A stretch of 64,000 nucleotides of DNA from Flaccisagitta enflata (Eukaryota): positions 34,286,001 through 34,350,000 of the forward strand of contig OZ231126.1 in assembly GCA_965153355.1 (NCBI GenBank), written 5' to 3'. The notes under the pieces were generated by a model. The model saw nothing but the letters and a program-made list of their open reading frames with translations. It searched no databases and was not told the origin of the DNA. Within the stretch, counting starts at the first letter, position 1. Each line of letters begins with the position of its first letter. Below, piece by piece: positions 54,475-64,000 of this stretch. The translations under genes and the position numbers were made by a program.

Positions 54475-54770
54475 GATGACGACACCCAGTATGTGTGTGT
54501 GGTGTGTGAGAGGAAGGAAGTAGTGTAGTAGTGAGTAGTAGTGTGTGTGGTATGTAGTATGTAATTAAAAATGATTAACGATAGCCAAAATATTGAGAGT
54601 TGATGACGTGTGTGTGTGAATTGGCAATGGCAATATTATTATTAATAGTAATATGAGATTGATGACGATGATGATGATAACGATGACGATGATGATGATG
54701 ATGATAATGGAAATGATGAGATTGATGACGATGATGATGATAACGATGACGATGATGATGATGACGACGA
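53837..54770. repeat. (GAT)n plus scrambled GT/AT-rich low-complexity sequence
   Basis: Direct reading. Confidence 0.85.
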
Positions 54771-55330
54771 CAAAAGAAATTGTCATTATCGCAAATAGAA
54801 CAGAATGACGTTGATAACGACGTCGATAATGATTTCACGTTTGAGGTTGCAAATACAAAGAAGATAACTCCAATTATTGAGGTTTTCCAGGCTTCTTGAT
54901 GCTCCTTTTGTTTAGAAATATCGGCTTGTGGAACGTTCATAACCAATCAACACAATTCTAACATAATATCATGAATACAAAAAGATTGTACAAAAGACGT
55001 TCGTGAATCTAGCCTTGGTTGTGTCAGTCTAGCCACTATCCACTGTCTGTCAGTCTGTTTCATAGACCCAAATTCATAGTTTCTTTCAGTCGACTCACGC
55101 ACGCCCGCTGTTTTGAGGGGTAGAAAAAAGCCACTGGTTTCTCTGAAGTCTACCCTTTTCAGAGAACCCGTGAAATCAGTCAAATTTTGACAGCAAAGCA
55201 ATCTTTACAGACTTTAGCACCACTGGTATTTACTGGGTGGTAATGATATGGGACTTGGAGGGTTCTTCATCCTGATTCTGGAAATGTCTTTCCTCTTTCC
55301 CGGAGCTCTCTCTTTATGTCTTTTGTGTGT

Positions 55331-55731
<401 letters not shown>

Positions 55732-56269
55732 CCCACACTTACACACACACTTACACACACACCAAACCAAATTGTTAAAAAGCAACTCCATCGTTAGCTT
55801 CGGTGGGCTCACGTTCATTACCGTTGGGAAGTGAAAGTGTGACCTCGTCTGTGACATACTGACATTCGCCACCTTTTAGCTTTCTCGGCTGATGCCCTCA
55901 CGCCCTTTCTTCATGCCCCGCCACGGAAGAGGTTGCTTCAAGTTGCCACAGTTATGCAAGGCATGGTTGACCCGCCTCATTAAGGCCAGGCATGGTTGCT
56001 TTACCTAATTCTAGGCAGGCCTGATTTCCCCGCCTCAAAAACTATTATTAGGGCCGGCATTGTTGCCTTGTCCTACTTTGGCTGAGCATTAAGCAAAGTG
56101 AGTTTGCTTCATTTGAGCCACTTCCAGCCAAGAAAAGTTGCTATGTTGATCATATCCTCTTCTAGTACGCTGCTAGCTGCTACGACTGTGATAGGATTGT
56201 TCTAGGTTTCTGTATCTTTTTCCCCATTTTCTTCGCGCCAAAATGGATTACCTTGAATGCACTTCCTCA

Positions 56270-56650
56270 TTTCGGCAGATAAGGCTTTCCTAGTACAACA
56301 GTACTGCCTAGGTTGCTCACCTCGTTCAAACCAATAAGAATTGCCTTGGATGCACTAAATAAGATTGCTTAGGTTGTTTGCCTCACTCAACCAAAATAGA
56401 ATTGCATTGGTAAAACCGACTTCTTTGGACCAAATTTGATTACGAAGGTTGCTTACCTTATACAAACCAAATAAAATTGCTTTGGTTGAACCGACATATT
56501 TGGACCACATTTGGTTACAAAGTTTGCTTACTTCGTTTAAACCAAATACAATTGTTTTGGTGGAACCACATTTGTTTACCTAGGTTGCTTACCTCGTTTA
56601 AACCAAATAGAATCGCTTCGGTTGAGCCGACTTATTCGAACCACATTAGG
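56270..56650 (+). repeat. Degenerate ~70-bp tandem repeat
   Basis: Recurrent ggttgcttacctcgtt.aaaccaaata.aattg motif. Confidence 0.7.
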
Positions 56651-56824
56651 TTGGCTGGGTTGCGTCGGTCCGTGAGCGCGGGCAAGCGTGAAAATCATGG
56701 CACGTTTCATGAACACGTCTTCCCCCAACGGAATGGATCAATCACTCGAGAATCTATTCGGACAAAAGATTTCATCCGCAGGTCGCACTTTACTTCTTTT
56801 ACTACTGCCACTTCTTCTGCTACT

Positions 56825-57121
<297 letters not shown>

Positions 57122-57256
57122 CCCTTTTTTTCTCATTTATGCATCTTCTTTCCGGTTGAGTCTATAAATTTTTTATACTCATTTTCTCTCTTTCTCTCAC
57201 TTTCTTCAGTGTTCCTTCGCTGCCTCTTGCCGGTGGAGAAATTTCTTTCCTCTTCC

Positions 57257-57690
57257 TTTCGGGCAGTGGCCCCGAAGGGGCTGATGATCTATGCTTCCAC
57301 ACAAAGGGGAAATTCCTTTTTCTCCTTTGTCGGTCTTTCCCTTTTAAAACACAAATCTTGGCCTGAAGGCTCAAATCCTAGCCTCAAGTTTCAAATCCTA
57401 GCCTCATGTCCTAGCATCAAGGCTCAAATCCCAGCATCAAGCCTCCAATCCCAGATTCAAGGCTCAGCCTCGAGGTTCAAAGCTCAGTTATGAATTTCTA
57501 ATATCAGCCTTGAAACTCAGATCTTAGCCGCAAAACTCCCAACCCAGCCTAATAGCTCCAATCATAGCCTTGGACCATAAGTCATTGATCCCTTCAGAAA
57601 AACTGCCCTTCTCACTAGTATATTCTAACATACACTTACTAAGGTGCAACAGGGTACCACTTACCATCTGACGCTTTTGCAACTATTTTT
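57257..57690. mobile_element. Degenerate HINE-like family D relative
   Basis: gggcagtggccccgaagggg start and ctcaaatcccagcctcaag array as at 30745-30955. Confidence 0.6.
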
Positions 57691-58048
57691 TCCTTTTTCT
57701 TTTTCTTTCCCCTAGAAATCGATTTAGTCCTCTTCTCCCCAGATGGCATTTTTGCTGTTCTCTATCATCCTCAACCGATCTAACTATCTATCTATCAATC
57801 TTCTTCTTTCCCGTCTGTCTATATGTCTTTACTTTTGTTCATTCCTTTTGTTTGAGGGTTTTTTCTTTGTCTATTCATTTTTTCTTTTATTTCTAAGGTT
57901 CTTTCTGTCTGTACTTCTGTCACTGTGTTTCTCCATATATGACTTATATCCACACATAAAGTGTACCGAGAACAAAGGCACGAGAAGAAGAAAGACAAAG
58001 ACAAATTAGCTACAGGATAGTTAATTAGTCAGAATAGTCATATATGTA

Positions 58049-58153
<105 letters not shown>

Positions 58154-58790
58154 CCCCCCCTTTCTGCCTTCACCGGAGCAGCGGCACCAAAAGGGTCGGT
58201 AATGTCGTTCGTAAGAAGTAGCTTTCGTTTTTTTTTTCATCAGCAAGGAGCGATTGACCACGTTCTGAATGAAAATAGACGCTTCTACAACCTCGCTCAG
58301 TAGGAGGAGACGCCTTGATAGTTATTGACTATTGATAATGTGCTTAAGAATAATCACCTCAACACCTCATTAACATTCTTTTCAACCGTGATTTATCAAT
58401 TTATGATCCATTCTTTACCTTTACTTCATATTTAACTAGTATTACTTATTGATGCAATCGTCGTGCGACATCGGGTATCACAAACCAACCTAAGACTTGA
58501 CACTTTTTTCTCAATCTTTTTTTATCTTCTATCACTCTCTTATTTCCTTCTTCCCATTCCATTCCCATCTTTTGTCTTCCTCTGAAGCTCTCAACTTTCT
58601 CAAGACTTCTTCTTTTGACAAGTTCACATCATCATTTCAATCTTTACCATTCTCACTTATCTTTCCCTTTCTGCGCTAGTTACACCTCTTATCATCTCTT
58701 CTTCTTCATTTTTTCCCTTCGTTTCTGCCGCCGTCTTATTTTACACTGATAGTGTTTCCACGCTGATGGCGCTCGTTGCATGAACGTCTC

Positions 58791-59392
58791 CAGTGGGGTT
58801 TGTGGAATAACAGCCTAAACTGGAGGAAGGTATTTAAATGTCTTAATTTCATTTGACAAACTTGATATTTGAAATTTAAGTTGTTCACTCCATGCTTTTG
58901 TCCCTGAGTTTTTTGGTTGCCATGGAAACCAAACTTATTTTTTCAAACATTTATAACCACTAAAATATCAATATTTTGAGAAATATTGTCAGGGAACATT
59001 GTTCAAAATTAAATTTGCTACAACTTTCCCACAGTATGTTCTGTAAGAATATTGCTCGTTTGGCCGTTGCTAGGGGGCATCACACCTAGCAACCGCTAAA
59101 TGATGCTCCCTAGCAACGGCTAAACAAGCAATATTCTTACAGGACATACTGTGGGAAAGTTGTAGCAAATTTAATTCTGAGCAATGTTCCCTGATAATAT
59201 TTGTTAAAATATCGATATTCTAGTTGTTATAAATGTTCAAAAAAATAATTTTGGTTTCAATAGCAACCAAAAAACTCAGGGACAAAAGCATGAAGCGAAC
59301 AACTTATATTTCAAATATCAAGTTTGTCAAATGAAATTAGGACACTTAAAGATCTTCCTCCAGTTTAGGCTGTTATTCCACGAACCCCACTG
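58791..59392. mobile_element. Fully palindromic MITE (Tc1/mariner-like termini)
   Basis: CAGTGGGGTT...AACCCCACTG with ~290-bp inverted arms; TA on the right, TC on the left. Confidence 0.85.
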
Positions 59393-60118
59393 TACATAGA
59401 GTTACTTTGTTTAAACAGATTCTTTCTCCAATTTTGCCTCCTTTCTTGTTAAGTTTAGGATGAGATTCCATCGTCGGTATTTTTGGCTCTACACATCCAG
59501 TATCCAATCCAACGCTATCACCTCACCCTTCTTATCAGCGTCACACCAGTTAACTTGAGTCAAAAAATCACCATACTCGTTCACTCATTTCCTTCGAGCA
59601 CCGCCATTTAGGCATGCCCGCCTATGAGGTATAGAACTTCATGCCCCACGATAGATCATTTCTTATGTTGGCAAACAGGCAGCTTCATAATAAGCCATTA
59701 TTTTGCCAAGTCCTTTGACACGCGCTCTAGTGAAGTGCATCTGCATTCAGTTTATCCCTAAAATCAAATCTTCCATAACTGTTTGCTGCCAACATAGCTT
59801 TTTTTCTTGACTCCGTCCTGTAATCCTGTTGCTCTCTTTGATCTTTTCCCAATTCTAGTCTCAATCCCTTTCTCCAACTCTTGCTTCTTTTTTTTCTTTT
59901 GCGCTTCTTTTGATTTTACAAACAACTTCAGTTTCCTTAAACGCGCCAAACCGACCTCTGCCTGATGGCTAAGTTTCGAAAGACTCAATTTGAAGCTAAT
60001 TTTTCTTACATCCTTTTTTTTTCCTGAGTGCAGACGGAAGACTCCAACCGGCCTTTTTTCTTCAATTTTTTTTTCTTTCCCTTTTTTCATCCTTTCTTTT
60101 TTTTTTACATTCTTTTTT

Positions 60119-60269
60119 AGTTGCGGACACGCAACTCTATAAGAGGCTTTGTCCGTCCGTTGGTTGGTTGGTTGGTCGGTCTGTCACGCTCGAGTTGAAA
60201 AGTGGGAAAACGCGTATTTCCGCCCCTGCCCACCCGTCCGCAACTGATGGCCGTGTATCCGGCCTTGTT
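60119..60269 (-). mobile_element. DINE-1/HINE-like family A element
   Basis: agttgcggacacgcaact hairpin, gtcc/ggtt repeats, end ccgtgtatccggccttgtt. Confidence 0.7.
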
Positions 60270-60503
60270 CATTTATTCTTTCAATTCTTTTTTAACCATT
60301 GTCCGATAGCAGTTGCGCGAGAAGATAGTACGACATATACGGAGACCTCACAAGTTGAAACTGCTTTCTCGGGCGTTTTAAGCCACTTCTCCTTCTCTAT
60401 CGCTTTCCTTCTTTTTCTTTTTTTTTCTTACTTTCTTTTCTCAATGCTGCAAAATATAAAAGGAAATAACAATTCTCTTTGTTTCTCATTAACAAAAGAA
60501 GAA

Positions 60504-60557
<54 letters not shown>

Positions 60558-61043
60558 ATTTGATTTGTTTTGATTGTAATGCTCATCATGTGATTAACAC
60601 AGTAACAAATTAATCTTTGAGCCTGACACGATGTACGATGTATAAATACAATGACAATGTAAATAGCTTAGGCAATCTTCCTACTTATCATCATCCATCA
60701 CAACATTCATCAAGACTAAAATTTGTTTAAAGAAATATAGTTAGGAAACCGGTTTGAGAGGAGAGAGAGAGAGAGAGAGAGAGAGAAGACAGAGGAATAG
60801 CAATCAATTAAGATTTATCGACCCATGTCCAGTTTTTGTATTCCATAGATTTTCTAGACAAAAGATGCGGATTTTCTCTCTATATGTTAAGAAGTCAAGG
60901 CGCGCAGAAAATGTCTATTTACTGCACTCTTTAAACAGGGGGTCCCCTATCACAAGTTGTTGGAAAATTGATTTTTCTTCATACAAGTTGTAGGGAATAA
61001 AGTTAAAACAAGTTTTTCCTGCATATTTTAGGAAACCGGTTTG

Positions 61044-61101
<58 letters not shown>

Positions 61102-61329
61102 AGCAGATGAGACAGATGGGGAAAAAATCCTAAGAGGAGTTGAATGAAGGATAGGAGAGGAAGAAACTGAAGGAGAGGAGGAAGAAAAAGAAGATGGCAA
61201 AATAGACACGGGAGAGGAGGAGAAGGAAGAGGAGAAAAACAAAAGGATCTTACATTAAAAAAAAGGAAAGGTGTGCAAAAAAAAAGTAGGAAGAATGGAG
61301 CGAAACAAAAAAGTAAGAGGAGGCGGAGG

Positions 61330-61696
61330 AGAAAAAAAGAAAGAAGAGAAGGAGAAGAAGAAGAAGAGGAAGCAGAAGAAGAAGAAGAAGAAGAGAAGAA
61401 AAGAGAAGAAGAAGAAGAAGAAGAAGAAGAAAGAAGAAGAAGAAGAAGGAAGGGAAAGAAGAAAAAGAAGAAGAGAAGAAGAAAGAGAAGAAAGAAGAAG
61501 AAAGAAGAAAGAAGAAGAAAAAAAGAAAGGAAGAAAGGAAGAGAAGAGGAAGAAGAGGAAAGAAAGAAAGAAGAAGAAGAAGAAAAGAAGAAAGAAGAAG
61601 AAGAAGAAGAAGAAGAAGAAGAAGAAGAAGAAGAGAAGAAAGAAGAAGAAAAACAACAAGAAGAAAGAAGAAGGAGAAGAAAAAGAAGAAGAAGAA

Positions 61697-61728
<32 letters not shown>

Positions 61729-62410
61729 AGAAGAAGAGGAAGAGGAAGAAGAAGAAATGAAAGGCCGGCGCGTAATGATGGGAAGAACAAGCCCGACCGG
61801 GCAACGATGCATCCGGACTGTGTCTCTGCGTGTATTGACTAAATATGTGAGATGTAGGAAGATAACGATGGACAGACAGATGAAGTGACATGAAAGTGGA
61901 GGCTCTCAAAACTCGTTTGTTGATCATTAGATTCAGTACAGGATCTCACTGTGGCCTATATCAGCCGAGAAACGCGGTTTTCGCACAGGCGTTACGGACG
62001 GACAGACCGACAGACGGACGGACCAATGGACGGACCAACAAACCAAAGGACAGACCCTTTTATAGAGATGCGTTCCTGACGGACGCATCTAAAAAGAAGA
62101 TGGCAGAATAGAGACAGGAGAGGAGGAGAAGGAGGAGGAGAAAAACAAAAGGATCTTACAATAAAGAAAAGGAAAGGTGTGCAAAAAAAAGTAGGAAGAA
62201 TGGAGCGAAACAAGGAAGTAAGAGGGGGCGGAGGAGAAAAAAAGAAAGAAGAGAAAGGAGAAGAAGAAAAAGAAGAAAAAGAAGAAGAAGGAGAAGAAGA
62301 AGAAGAAGAAGAAGAAGAAAAAGAAAAAGAAGAAGAGGAAGAAGAAGAAGACGAAGAAGAAGAAGAAGAAGAAGAAGAAAGAGAAGAAGGGGAAGAAGAA
62401 GAAGAAGAAG
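61330..62410. repeat. (GAA)n-rich purine tracts
   Basis: Tracts at ~61330-61757 and ~62240-62410. Confidence 0.93.
61786..62090 (+). mobile_element. DINE-1/HINE-like family B element
   Basis: aacaagcccgaccgggc start and agatgcgttcctgacggacgcatct end. Confidence 0.7.
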
Positions 62411-64000
62411 AGAGTGAGGGCCGTGAGCATTAGGAGACCCCCGAGTCTCCAAGACTCTCGGAGACTGCCTGGAGAGCTCTCCAACTCTCCGAGACTCTCC
62501 GAGACTCTCCGAGATTCTCCTGGGATAAAGGTTGGTCGCGCTCGATCAAACCAGGTTTTGATGTGTGTCATTGACCATCAAATCATCTGTACCATCTGTA
62601 ACTTGTGAGCATTGGTCACTTTTCACCAAGCCCTTATCTCCAATCACTGCATTTTTTTTATTTGTTAGATCAAATCAACAGCAATTGTATATATTGATTG
62701 TACTGAAAATCAGAGAAAAATATAAGAAAAGACGCTACATATCTTGAATGCCAAATTGATTAGAATTGTTTTTCTATTATTAACAGTAAATACACTATTT
62801 ATTCAAAATTCTATCATTTTAGGAAACTTTGAATCAATATTTGATCATCATAACAACGTACTACCAGAAAAATTGGAACAAATATGTCTCCTTACAAAAA
62901 AAATTTAAAAAATTAAAAGAAATCTTTACTCAATTTAGCAGTGAATCTATGGAAGAAAAAATCAACATCAACTTATCTATTTTTGTATCACTTTTAACAA
63001 ACACATAATGATGTAACAGTACCAAAGGAATAAACAAAATATTACATCAAGCACTTTATCTGACAATCTAAATTCTTTATTGAAGCATCTTAACAAAATT
63101 ATGATTTGGCACTTAAGAATCATGTAATAAAACATGATTTGAAAGTCATGGCAGATGCAGAAAATCATGATTCCACTGCCTAAAAGCTTACTCCAAACAC
63201 CTCCTAAAATTATTCTACAAAGATTTCATGGTCAATATCAGGGATGCTAACATATATGCCTCAAGCAATGGCAGCCGGTTATCCTATAATTTTTATGATC
63301 CTAGAATTGTTGGTTAGAAAGCTTACGATTGTAAGATTCCTAAACTCTTTTACAATGGGAAAAAGTGTTTTTCCTTCATAACCCAAAAAGTGCTAAATTG
63401 ATTTTTTTCATTTTTTGGGCCAATATCAATAATGAGACCACTTACCTTTGCCAAATGAAATTGTCATCGCCACTCTTCTATAAATAGGTGAAATATGATG
63501 ATGAATGTGGCTTTCTACAATGCTTACAATTCTAGGTTTTCTTGCTTAGAAAGCTTACGATTCTAGAAACTTGGGTAGAAAGCTTACGATTCTAGGTCTT
63601 CTATGACTTAGTCTCCCAATAAAATGTAAAATTACTATAAGTCGATCTTTCGCTCATGATTCAATCTCTTTCGTCACTTACTATGAGAGGGTGTATTGGT
63701 AGGCCCATTTTAAGGTCCACTAAAAGGTAACCCAAATTTCTGGCTGACATGAAAATGAACAAAAAATGATTTTATGCCCATCTGTGTAGCTGCCCCTGCC
63801 TAACCACAAACGACTACGTCTCTAATTCTTCAGCCAGTCGCACTTGTTTTTTATTCATCCCATTGTTCACTTTCTTGATACTAGGTCCATTTGTATGACG
63901 AGTAAAAGTGCGCATTTTATTCAATAATGTATATTGCCTCCTTTTTAAATACCTTAATGTAACAAAACATAACATAAGAAATGCAAATGAGGATATTTTC

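Noticed and set aside
59690-59730. FAKSFDT resembling the LINE RT motif DFxKAFD
   Set aside because: Isolated short match with no other RT motifs
62650-63600. AT-rich region with acceptor-like sites, broken reading frames and repeated agaaagcttacgatt motifs
   Set aside because: Possibly a decayed gene or transposon, but no recognisable domain or termini

Overview
Repeat-dense eukaryotic (invertebrate-like) genomic DNA with no intact host gene that I can support. The centrepiece is a full-length 13.2-kb BEL/Pao LTR retrotransposon on the minus strand (34776-47976; ~0.91-kb near-identical LTRs, 5-bp TSD GGTGG) inserted into a satellite. It has four unusual traits: (1) no tRNA primer-binding site, but an 11-nt PBS complementary to the predicted first 11 nt of its own transcript, i.e. 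Tf1-like self-priming; (2) an in-frame UGA-C stop plus a hairpin between gag and protease; (3) a very long polyQ-rich Gag N-terminus; (4) an unexplained extra ORF region in the env position. The rest of the window holds two copies of a foldback DNA element with 4-bp TSDs, a Mutator-like foldback (9-bp TSD), a Transib-like element with asymmetric RSS-like 12/30 ends, hAT/Tc1/Harbinger-type MITEs, many DINE-1/HINE-like elements, a transposon-disrupted USP (peptidase C19) pseudogene, and abundant micro- and minisatellites. All calls were made by eye; no searches were run.
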